In this document: positions 1-7,481 of the stretch, piece after piece
Position numbering within the stretch: the first letter of the stretch is position 1
Layout of the letters: each line of letters starts with the position of its first letter
IMG/VR virus record: IMGVR_UViG_3300042691_010651
Source: a virus
Taxonomy: Duplodnaviria > Heunggongvirae > Uroviricota > Caudoviricetes
DNA: 64,000 nt
Strand: one strand, 5' to 3'
Program-made: the position numbers and the translations under genes
The notes under the pieces: model-generated
What the model saw: the letters and a program-made list of their open reading frames with translations, nothing else
Told to the model about the DNA's origin: nothing
Databases searched by the model: none

Positions 1-623
1 CCTTGATAATATTCATTCCAATATAACCACTCTGCCCTATTAAATCCAGCAGCATAAGCATTTAACATATCTTTTCTAGTAAAGCTATTTTTTACACTCT
101 TAATGTTGATAGTGTTGTCTTTTGGATTGATTTTAAGTTTAGGGTACAAATTTGCTTCTTGCGGAGTATACAGTTTATCAGAATCTATTTCTTCATACTC
201 AACCAATACTTCTTTAATCTGATTTCCTTTGTTGTATTCTTTTACATACAATTCAAGAAATGATTGAGATGGTTGAGGTAATGATAAATGTTGTGTCATT
301 AAAGGTAGTTTATGTTCTACTAGTAATGAACTATCTGTTGTAGCTATGATTTTCTTGAACCATGCTTTATTAATCAACAACTCCTTTCTCATTTGAAAAG
401 GTTGTTCGCCTACAACTGTTTTTTTATATAAACACCAATCAACTTCTTTTATTTCTTCATCTGAAAGAAAGTAGAGATGTTGAGGTACATGTTTAGTAGA
501 ACGAGCATTTAAAAACCCTTTTACTAAATTGTCAATTGCTGAATAAAAATATAAACTATCTCTAGTTTGTAAATCTTTTTCACCATTAGATGGTAGCATT
601 ACTACCTGTAGTTTCTTGTTCAT
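1..623 (-). CDS. hypothetical protein, partial (start ATG at about 621-623; C-terminus runs off the window start)
   Basis: Open minus-strand frame from the window edge to an ATG at 621-623 (MNKKLQVVMLPSNGEKDL...). No recognisable motif. Confidence 0.5.
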   Translation of the reverse strand, partial: MNKKLQVVMLPSNGEKDLQTRDSLYFYSAIDNLVKGFLNARSTKHVPQHLYFLSDEEIKEVDWCLYKKTVVGEQPFQMRKELLINKAWFKKIIATTDSSLLVEHKLPLMTQHLSLPQPSQSFLELYVKEYNKGNQIKEVLVEYEEIDSDKLYTPQEANLYPKLKINPKDNTINIKSVKNSFTRKDMLNAYAAGFNRAEWLYWNEYYQ

Positions 624-649
624 GTTGTTTTAATTTTAGTTTAAAATAA

Positions 650-835
650 GATTGGTAGTTACATAGTTTCAAGGCAGTCTACATATTTGATCAAGCATCA
701 AGGACACTCCTATATTTGTTAATCCCTACTACCAATCTATTTCTTTTCAGTCTTTACAGTTGGTAGCTGCATCGTTTCCAGATGCACCTAATGATAGCTA
801 CATTTAAAGCCATAAAATTGTTACTACCAACGTAA
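650..835. repeat. iteron-like array: four TTGGTAG sites in alternating orientation (653-659 fwd, 729-735 rev, 770-776 fwd, 824-830 rev)
   Basis: Read directly: gaTTGGTAGttac, ctaCTACCAAtc, agTTGGTAGctg, ttaCTACCAAcg, all inside the 555-bp ORF-free stretch 624-1177. Confidence 0.5.
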
Positions 836-1177
836 AAACCTTTTTCAAAATCAATACTTATAAGGAGCTTTCTGGCATTATCCTTAATTTAACCTCTCTC
901 ATTAATTATATTACTATAATCAGATTTTAATAAGTAATGAGCTTATTAACAGATGTGCATAAGTATTTTGCTGATTAAACAGCTGATTTTAATAGTTAAT
1001 AACTCTTCTGTCCAAATTTCTAGTTGAAATAGCAGTCAGGCTATTTTCCCAATATTTCTATTGTTCCTGCGTTATACTATCTCTACAACAAACATTAACT
1101 GCTAGAACAGACCATCTCATTATTGCTTTTTAAGAACAAGTCTTGATGTGTTTATCTTCAAGCAGAAGAGTTAAGTC

Positions 1178-1381
1178 TTATAGTTTCTCAATTAATTCAA
1201 GTAAACTATTTAGTTCTTTAAATAACTTACTATGATTTTCGTTAGTCATATAACTATTAACAGTATCTAAATCAACTTTAGCTGTATCTTGCATTAGCTG
1301 ATACATATATTCAGTTGATTTATCTTTGTGATCACATAATTGATGAATAGCTGCAAGTTTAAGTTTAGTTATGTATTGCAT
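1178..1381 (-). CDS. hypothetical small protein (67 aa)
   Basis: ATG-initiated ORF in a tightly packed minus-strand small-gene block. Confidence 0.4.
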   Translation of the reverse strand: MQYITKLKLAAIHQLCDHKDKSTEYMYQLMQDTAKVDLDTVNSYMTNENHSKLFKELNSLLELIEKL

Positions 1382-1390
1382 ATTTATATT

Positions 1391-1588
1391 TTAAATGTTA
1401 CTAAAATCTAATAATGCATCATAAGCTGGTTGAGTAAATAGATTAATAGTCTCATACTGTATTTCTGCAAATATAAATCTATACTCATGACACCACAATT
1501 TGAACTTATTGATATTACTATCTTTCCATTCAAGTAATTGATAATATTTAGCAGCATCAACTGTAATACCTGATTGTAATGTTTTCAT
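1391..1588 (-). CDS. hypothetical small protein (65 aa)
   Basis: ATG start. The stop and start overlap the neighbouring genes (ATGA-type coupling at 1585-1588). Confidence 0.4.
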   Translation of the reverse strand: MKTLQSGITVDAAKYYQLLEWKDSNINKFKLWCHEYRFIFAEIQYETINLFTQPAYDALLDFSNI

Positions 1589-1776
1589 ATTTGTGGTCTT
1601 TTACCATTTTCTGTTATTACAAAGAATGTTCCTTTAGGATAGTTTGGTAATGTCTCATACACTTTCTTTTTATGTCTAGCAATACGATATGGTAGATTGT
1701 AAGCTATTGTGCTTACAATTCTTTTACCATAACATTCATGTAGATCATGTTTAGATTGAGCTATTGGTGTTTTCAT
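1585..1776 (-). CDS. hypothetical small protein (63 aa)
   Basis: ATG start. Packed directly between neighbouring ORFs. Confidence 0.4.
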   Translation of the reverse strand: MKTPIAQSKHDLHECYGKRIVSTIAYNLPYRIARHKKKVYETLPNYPKGTFFVITENGKRPQI

Positions 1777-1778
1777 AT

Positions 1779-2210
1779 CTATATGTTTCTTAATGCTACT
1801 AATGTCATTATATTAGATTCAATAGATGGTTCTAATTTAAAGTCTTTCAATAAGACTAAGAACATATTAAACTTATGGTCGTCACTAAACTTATCTATGT
1901 ATTGTTTGAATAGTTTAGGATCAAACTCTTTGAATTGTTTTTGATTTGTTTTAAGCTCTAGAACAGCACCAGCTAAATGAGCTTGTTCTTCAAATATTTT
2001 TTCATGTGGAATCCATGAATGACCACAAGATATACATTTAATACAATTAATTAATATAGCTTGTCCTGATCTCGATAAAGTATTACCTCTATCTCCTTTT
2101 TTACCATTAGGAAAATCTATAAATTCTACTAATGTGTTTTGTAATGCTTTAGAAGGTTTTCCTAATCCATTACATTTTTTACAAATGTATGATGTTTCTT
2201 TTGTTTTCAT
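1779..2210 (-). CDS. zinc-ribbon protein (two CxxC pairs: CKKC...CIKCISCGH)
   Basis: 143-aa ORF with an ATG start. Cys spacing is typical of a Zn ribbon. Function unknown. Confidence 0.55.
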   Translation of the reverse strand: MKTKETSYICKKCNGLGKPSKALQNTLVEFIDFPNGKKGDRGNTLSRSGQAILINCIKCISCGHSWIPHEKIFEEQAHLAGAVLELKTNQKQFKEFDPKLFKQYIDKFSDDHKFNMFLVLLKDFKLEPSIESNIMTLVALRNI

Positions 2211-2534
2211 CTTGTTTGTTGTTTAGATTGTTGTGTTAATAAAATTAGGTAGATTCGATTGTCCTACAATGTTGGAATTAAACTAGCAATTAATAACACC
2301 AGAAGATTATTATTAATCTAGGTAGCCACTCTATCTTAATGCTACTAATCTAATTTTAATATTATAATATCTATTGCAGCTAATACTGATACATTATTAG
2401 TGTACGTATTAGACTGCAAAGATATTAAGTTTTTACTAATCTCGAAAGAATAGTTAATCAATTAAAGTTGCAATACCAGCAATTATTATTGCAGTATGAG
2501 CAACACCGTGGATGAATACTGTGATTTCCATAGT

Positions 2535-2660
2535 CTATAAGTGATTAATTTGCATGTAAAGACCTACTATGATGTAAGTTGCACCAAGAATAGCAATGAT
2601 TCCGACAATAATGTTGCCCACAATTTTGGCTGATTGTTCTTCGTTTGTTAGATTTTTCAT
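2535..2660 (-). CDS. possible 41-aa single-pass membrane peptide
   Basis: ATG ORF below the 60-aa cutoff (MKNLTNEEQSAKIVGNIIVGIIAILGATYIIVGLYMQINHL). Hydrophobic core of about 22 residues. It is the only ORF in the 900-bp stretch 2211-3112. Confidence 0.2.
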   Translation of the reverse strand: MKNLTNEEQSAKIVGNIIVGIIAILGATYIIVGLYMQINHL

Positions 2661-3057
2661 GTTAGTTTTTATGGTTAGTTTCTGTTAATTTATGAGAAAG
2701 ATTGCTAATATATAGATTGATAATATTAGGTTAGTGATAATTCGTGTAATATTGAGGGTTAAAGGAGAGTTATAACGAGTAGCAAAACATAAACATACTG
2801 TTAATCACATATTTTACGTGTTATTCTGTAAAATAGTATAAAATAAAAGGCAATCAAACTAGTCTTGCAAAACTAATTTGATATTTACATTCTTTTATTT
2901 TTTGTATTTTCTGTATAATATCTTAATGCGCAAGATATTATCAATAGCTACGGGGCATAGCATATTCCCAATCTCCTATCAGAGAGATTATTAGTTTTAA
3001 TATATAGCTGATACTATATTTTATTCTAATTGTTTTAATTCGTGTGTCAACGCGTAG

Positions 3058-3105
3058 CCAATAACAATAAAATAGAGAGTTATAACCATTATAGCTACAA
3101 CTCTC
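3058..3105 (-). terminator. putative intrinsic terminator downstream of the 3113..3415 gene
   Basis: Minus-strand RNA would form a GAGAGTT...AACTCTC 7-bp stem (3075-3081 with 3099-3105) followed by a U-rich tract. Confidence 0.35.
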
Positions 3106-3112
3106 ATATTTA

Positions 3113-3415
3113 TTAACCCAAAGTAAATGTTGGTGTTACTCCTTGTGACTTGAGATAGTCCAAGATAGCAAACTTGTTGATGCGACCACAACCAATGTAT
3201 TCAGTTGCATCAGCTTTACGCACACCAGTTGCTCCTGTTTTACTGTTAGTCCATGTAGAACCAGCTTTGTGTACATTAAATGATACAGTTTCTGCTGCAT
3301 CATTTAGTTGAGTCTTTGGAACCCAAATTTCTGCACCTGATGCAGTAGTAACTAATACTAGTTCTTTGCTGTCTTTAACGACATTTTTGCGAGATACGAT
3401 GTTTTCAGTAATCAT
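3113..3415 (-). CDS. hypothetical 100-aa protein with codon use shifted to higher GC (likely highly expressed early protein)
   Basis: ATG start. GC is clearly above the window average. Upstream leader at 3416-3540 is unusually G/C-rich for this genome. Confidence 0.6.
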   Translation of the reverse strand: MITENIVSRKNVVKDSKELVLVTTASGAEIWVPKTQLNDAAETVSFNVHKAGSTWTNSKTGATGVRKADATEYIGCGRINKFAILDYLKSQGVTPTFTLG

Positions 3416-3542
3416 AGTTATTGTTTTTTAAGGTTTTACGATTTATTTTACGAACGAAACTTGATGACGGGTAGTTCCATCCCAAAGTTTTGTAGGGGGC
3501 ATTGTGTGGGGGAGGTACTTCCATCTAAATATACAAACAAAA

Positions 3543-3625
3543 TAAAAAATTATATAAAAAATTTTTTTGATAGGTCTAACCCATATATACGAATCATTTT
3601 TAAAAAATTATAAAAAAATTTTTTT
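3543..3625. promoter_or_regulatory. twin A/T palindromic elements (AAAAAATTATATAAAAAATTTTTTT at about 3543-3567; AAAAAATTATAAAAAAATTTTTTTT at about 3601-3625) in the divergent strand-switch region
   Basis: Two near-identical elements of about 25 bp, each holding a self-complementary A6-7/T7-8 tract, about 58 bp apart. They lie between the minus gene 3113..3415 and the plus gene at 3655. Confidence 0.4.
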
Positions 3626-3654
3626 CCAAGATATATATGTCGTAAACTTACAAT

Positions 3655-3840
3655 ATGATATTTCACTGTAATACTTGTAATAAAAGAGATAAGGTAAAAT
3701 TTACCAATAAAGCTCTTACTATATATGTATCTTGTCAATGTGGTAATAGACAAGTATATTTATCTATAAAAGAGGAATTAAAACCTACACTTCAAAAATA
3801 TACGGTTTATTCTACTCATCAATTAGTTATAAATTTTTAA
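3655..3840 (+). CDS. small zinc-ribbon protein (CxxC ... CxC)
   Basis: 61-aa ATG ORF. First gene of the plus-strand block. Confidence 0.45.
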   Translation: MIFHCNTCNKRDKVKFTNKALTIYVSCQCGNRQVYLSIKEELKPTLQKYTVYSTHQLVINF

Positions 3841-3844
3841 CTCT

Positions 3845-4063
3845 ATGCAACATATATTTAAAGTTGAGCATAATTATGAACATGATATAAGTGACGAAGC
3901 TGGAACTGAATGTCAGTGTAATCCAATAGTTTATATTGATAAAGATAGTGGTGATATGTTTTGTATTCACAATAGTTCTAACTCAATAACAAGTAAAGAA
4001 GAATATTTAGGTTTGATAGAATTAGTGAATGAACAACAAGATGATAATCTTTTGGAATACTAG
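3845..4063 (+). CDS. hypothetical acidic small protein (72 aa)
   Basis: ATG start 4 nt after the previous stop. Confidence 0.45.
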   Translation: MQHIFKVEHNYEHDISDEAGTECQCNPIVYIDKDSGDMFCIHNSSNSITSKEEYLGLIELVNEQQDDNLLEY

Positions 4064-4074
4064 CGATCTTTTTA
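4058..4074 (+). repeat. copy 1 of exact 17-mer TACTAGCGATCTTTTTA (second copy at 47081-47097)
   Basis: Exact 17/17 match read directly. It overlaps the stop codon of 3845..4063 and opens a 220-bp intergenic region. Confidence 0.6.
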
Positions 4075-4143
4075 CTTTTTTACGATTTTTCTTGTTTTGT
4101 ATTTCCACCAGCGTTACATTTGCGAGGGATCGAGCAAATGGAA

Positions 4144-4169
4144 CATGTCCCAGCCGTCCGCAGGACATG
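4144..4169 (+). other. GC-rich hairpin (CATGTCC-12nt-GGACATG) inside a GC-rich intergenic island 4090-4200
   Basis: 7-bp perfect inverted repeat with no T-run after it. Local GC is far above the window average. Confidence 0.3.
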
Positions 4170-4286
4170 AACCTCCACACAGAGAAAAGAAAGTGGATAT
4201 AGGTAGTATATTGGAGAGGTGTGTCCAATTATGAACGAATCAACTAGTTAGTATATGTCTAAGTTACTATACCTTATCGAATAAGT

Positions 4287-5435
4287 ATGCCCAAGAGAAG
4301 AGATTGGAAAAGTATATTTGCAAATAATCCGTTAGATATTGAGAAAGATAAGAGTAAACAACATTGGTTTAGAAGATTAGCAATTCAAGAAAATACTACC
4401 TTTGAATTTGTAAAAAAGATTTATTATGATCATCATTATAAACATAAAGATATAAATGAACATTTAGCATTAGAAGAAGAAGCTAAAGAAGTAGGTATAC
4501 CTATTAAAGATGTTTCTCATTATTGGTACAAAGGAGAACACTTCTCTATATTTACTAAGAACAATCACAAAACTTATTTTACTGTAAGAGATGAAATAAT
4601 TGAGAGTATGAAAGCTCATGCTCCTAATTATACAAACATTAATTATAACTACTCAGTTCTTCAAGAAGCTCATTTACTTGTTATTGATCCAGCAGATATT
4701 CATATAGGTAAACTTTGTCAAGTGTTAGAAAGTGGAGAAGAATATAATGTAGAAATAGCTTTTAATAGAGTACTTGAAGGTTTAGAAGGTTTACTGTCTA
4801 AAGTATCACCATTTGCAATAGATGAAATACTTCTGTTAATTGGTAATGATATACTTCATGTTGATAATGCAAAGCGAACAACTACAAGTGGTACACCACA
4901 AGATACAGATGGTATGTGGTACTCAAACTTTATACGAGCGAAGCAGCTTTATATAAAGATAATAGATAGATTAATACCTTTAGCGAAGAAATTAAGTATC
5001 AAACACAACCCCTCAAACCATGACTTTACTCATGGTTTTTTTCTTGCCGATACAATCCAGAGTTGGTATTCTAAAGTAGATAGTATTGAATTTGAAGTTA
5101 GTATTGCACATAGAAAGTACTTAGCTTATGGTAAGAACTTAATAGGTAGTACACATGGAGATGGTGCTAAAACAGCAGAACTTCCTATTCTTATGGCTCA
5201 AGAAGCTAGTCAACATTGGCATTATTGTATTCATAGATATTTTTACGAACATCATATACATCATAAGAGATCAAAAGAATATGGTTCTGTAACTGTAGAA
5301 TCTGTAAGATCACCAAGTGGTACTGATGGATGGCATCATAGAAATGGTTATCAACATGCAGCGAAAGCAATAGAAGCTTTTTTACATCATAAAGAACATG
5401 GACAAATTGCTAGGTTTACTCACATCTTTTATTAA
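4287..5435 (+). CDS. His-rich protein, possible metal-dependent phosphoesterase (calcineurin/SbcD-like motifs D-x-H-x-G, GND..H, HHIHH)
   Basis: 382-aa ATG ORF. VIDPADIHIGK, LIGNDILHVD, GSTHGDG and EHHIHHKR read like degenerate metallophosphatase motifs. The assignment is tentative. Confidence 0.3.
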   Translation: MPKRRDWKSIFANNPLDIEKDKSKQHWFRRLAIQENTTFEFVKKIYYDHHYKHKDINEHLALEEEAKEVGIPIKDVSHYWYKGEHFSIFTKNNHKTYFTVRDEIIESMKAHAPNYTNINYNYSVLQEAHLLVIDPADIHIGKLCQVLESGEEYNVEIAFNRVLEGLEGLLSKVSPFAIDEILLLIGNDILHVDNAKRTTTSGTPQDTDGMWYSNFIRAKQLYIKIIDRLIPLAKKLSIKHNPSNHDFTHGFFLADTIQSWYSKVDSIEFEVSIAHRKYLAYGKNLIGSTHGDGAKTAELPILMAQEASQHWHYCIHRYFYEHHIHHKRSKEYGSVTVESVRSPSGTDGWHHRNGYQHAAKAIEAFLHHKEHGQIARFTHIFY

Positions 5436-5445
5436 TCTTTGCAAT

Positions 5446-5727
5446 ATGAAAAACTGGGATAAGATATTAAATTATTGTTATACAGAATTATATAAGAATA
5501 GCACACCAAAAGCTAATTTTAGTGAATTAGTTAAAAATGCTAAATTAAATAAATTTGGTCAAAAAGATATTCCATTTATGGACTATGAAATAGAGCAAGA
5601 CAAAATGAGTAAAATTATAGAACAAACAGTAAAGAAATTTAAACTTGAACCTTATTATGCTAAATCTCTTAGATTTAAAATATATTTAGGTTGCTCACCA
5701 AAAATTAAACTAAATGAAACAAAGTAA
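5446..5727 (+). CDS. hypothetical protein (93 aa from the internal ATG; the track ORF starts at 5398 and overlaps the upstream gene)
   Basis: In-frame ATG at 5446 avoids a 38-nt overlap with 4287..5435. Confidence 0.45.
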   Translation: MKNWDKILNYCYTELYKNSTPKANFSELVKNAKLNKFGQKDIPFMDYEIEQDKMSKIIEQTVKKFKLEPYYAKSLRFKIYLGCSPKIKLNETK

Positions 5728-5956
5728 AGTAGAAAGTCTTGTAGAAGCACTAGTTAATACATTTATTGGATTTATGATAACTATGATAGCACTTCCACTA
5801 GTAAATTATATATGTGGAATTAAAATGAATTTTATTCAAGCAAGTAGTTCAACAGTAATATTTACAATAATTAGTATACTAAGAGGATATATTATAAGAA
5901 GATTCTTTAATAACTTATATACTATTAAACATTGGATTATAAATAAAGTTGTATGA
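5714..5956 (+). CDS. small membrane protein (2 predicted TM helices)
   Basis: 80 aa. Hydrophobic stretches ALVNTFIGFMITMIALPLV and TVIFTIISILRGYII. Confidence 0.5.
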   Translation: MKQSKVESLVEALVNTFIGFMITMIALPLVNYICGIKMNFIQASSSTVIFTIISILRGYIIRRFFNNLYTIKHWIINKVV

Positions 5957-6123
5957 ATAAAGACTTAAAACAAATAAAAGAAGTAAAAGAAAAACTTGAA
6001 AGTCAGTTATATTTTATAATTGATCTAATATCTCATGTAGAACAATTAGAAGAGAAAATATTGAAGATAGAAAAAGCAGATAAATTAATTAAACAAGCTT
6101 TTGCTAAAAAAGATGCTAGATAA
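5953..6123 (+). CDS. possible 56-aa coiled-coil protein
   Basis: ATG ORF below the 60-aa cutoff, fitted exactly between its neighbours (MNKDLKQIKEVKEKLESQ...). Confidence 0.3.
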   Translation: MNKDLKQIKEVKEKLESQLYFIIDLISHVEQLEEKILKIEKADKLIKQAFAKKDAR

Positions 6124-6634
6124 ATTAGTTGAAACAATATTAAATTTTATACAACTATTTAAATTTTGGGATGTACTACAACCGTGGGAAGAAGGTATTA
6201 GAGTTAGATTGGGTAAATATCCTGAACCAGTAAAAGTATTAGAAGCTGGATTTCATTGGATTATTCCATTCACCATAGATGTAATACATACAGTATCTAT
6301 TGCAAGACAAGCAACTGAATTAGGATCACAAACTATTACTACTTTAGATGATAAGTGTATTGTTCTTGAAGCAGTACTTACTTATGAAATTGAAGATATA
6401 GAAAAAGCATTATTTAAAGTAGGTGATGAAATAAGTGCAGTTAAAGAAAGAATACAAAGTATAATTAGAAATGAAATTGTTAAGACTAACTTTAATGAAA
6501 TAAATAGTGAAGCACTTGAAGAAAGTATTAACGATAAAAGTAAAAAAGAAGGAAATAAGTGGGGCATTAAAGTAGTTAGTGTATCTATTAAATCTTTAGG
6601 TAAGATAACTAGTATTAGACTTATTAATCAATAA
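6113..6634 (+). CDS. SPFH/band-7 (stomatin/HflK-like) domain protein with N-terminal membrane anchor
   Basis: EEGIRVRLGKY..VLEAGFHWIIPFTIDVIHTVSIARQ...TLDDKCIVLEAVLTYEIEDIEKALFKV...IRNEI follows the SPFH consensus. The track start at 6101 is a TTG. ATG at 6113 chosen. Confidence 0.6.
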   Translation: MLDKLVETILNFIQLFKFWDVLQPWEEGIRVRLGKYPEPVKVLEAGFHWIIPFTIDVIHTVSIARQATELGSQTITTLDDKCIVLEAVLTYEIEDIEKALFKVGDEISAVKERIQSIIRNEIVKTNFNEINSEALEESINDKSKKEGNKWGIKVVSVSIKSLGKITSIRLINQ

Positions 6635-6666
6635 TCAGGATTTAAATATTCCTTCTCCAAAATAGA

Positions 6667-6700
6667 GTTATCAACAAATTGTGAATAAATTGTTGATAAC
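6667..6700. promoter_or_regulatory. operator-like inverted repeat GTTATCAACAA-N12-TTGTTGATAAC
   Basis: 11-bp perfect arms read directly, located in the 157-bp intergenic region upstream of the 6792 gene. Confidence 0.45.
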
Positions 6701-6753
6701 TTCCCTTGCATACTTTATCAAAAAGCAATAAAAATTCCAGTCTTTATTTGTCC

Positions 6754-6772
6754 ATAGACAAAATTTGTCTAT
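6754..6772. promoter_or_regulatory. perfect 19-bp palindrome ATAGACAAA-A-TTTGTCTAT about 20 bp upstream of the ATG at 6792
   Basis: 9-bp arms with a 1-nt centre, read directly. Confidence 0.45.
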
Positions 6773-6791
6773 CTTTCGTAAAATTTATTTT

Positions 6792-7187
6792 ATGGAAGAA
6801 AGTGTTGTTTATGAAGAAAAAGCTAGAAAGGAAGTTATACATGAAGGTAATCCTTTCTTAGTTGTTTCACCAAAAGATGTAGTACTTATTGGTGACTTAG
6901 AAAAAGTTAGTCAATTAAATGAAAGTGGTCTGATAGTATTGAAGTATGTTACTAAAAATCTTAATCAGCATACAGGTATTACTATATTATCTGTTAAAGA
7001 TATTTGTTTAAAAGAATTTAGACAGTATTTTATAGATACGCAAGTTAATAAGATGGATATTAAAGTAAAGAATACTTTAGAGACTAGAATAAGAAGAGGT
7101 ATCAGAAACTTATTATCATTAGAGATTATAGCAATAAGTAAAGGTAAGAATCAATATTGGGTTAACAAATCTGTTATATGGAGGTAG
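6792..7187 (+). CDS. hypothetical protein (131 aa from ATG; the track start at 6765 is a TTG inside the palindrome)
   Basis: ATG at 6792 (MEESVVYEEKARKEV...). Confidence 0.55.
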   Translation: MEESVVYEEKARKEVIHEGNPFLVVSPKDVVLIGDLEKVSQLNESGLIVLKYVTKNLNQHTGITILSVKDICLKEFRQYFIDTQVNKMDIKVKNTLETRIRRGIRNLLSLEIIAISKGKNQYWVNKSVIWR

Positions 7188-7480
7188 ATTATAGATTACC
7201 TTTAAAACTTAATACTTTGTATCTTGAAGATAGACCTTCTTCACAAGGAACTATTAGAAAAGTTATAAATGCAGTAGTATATATAGAGTGGGAAAGTATA
7301 GGAGGTATTGAAGAATTTGTAAAAACTGGCGTATTTCCAGAATCAGATAGTAGTTCTAGAGTTACTGTTTGTACTAAATTAGGTAACTATGTCTGTAAAG
7401 GAGATGTTGATGAATTTGGTAATGATTGGGCTAGATATAAGTTGTGGAAGGAAAACAGAAAAATATTTAATTTAAATTAA
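7178..7480 (+). CDS. hypothetical protein (100 aa)
   Basis: ATG start overlapping the previous stop by 10 nt. Confidence 0.5.
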   Translation: MEVDYRLPLKLNTLYLEDRPSSQGTIRKVINAVVYIEWESIGGIEEFVKTGVFPESDSSSRVTVCTKLGNYVCKGDVDEFGNDWARYKLWKENRKIFNLN

Positions 7481-7481
7481 T

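Noticed and set aside
2766-3085. 12-mer GAGAGTTATAAC direct repeat (2766 and 3074) as a regulatory element
   Set aside because: In a 64-kb AT-rich sequence exact 12-mers recur by chance many times. Only the second copy has a supporting structure (a terminator-like hairpin).
3550-4228. Minus-strand ORFs 3550..3753 and 4022..4228 (67-68 aa)
   Set aside because: The first spans the A/T palindromic intergenic elements and the start of a plus gene. The second is produced by the GC-rich island at 4090-4200 and overlaps the plus gene 3845..4063. Both are more likely chance frames than genes, although 4022..4228 cannot be fully excluded.
2211-4286. tRNA genes in the non-coding stretches
   Set aside because: I scanned for T-loop-like GGTTCGANTCC and cloverleaf-compatible stems. 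Only fragments were found, such as TAGATTCGATTG at about 2250, with no acceptor or anticodon stem partners. A tRNAscan run would be needed for certainty.
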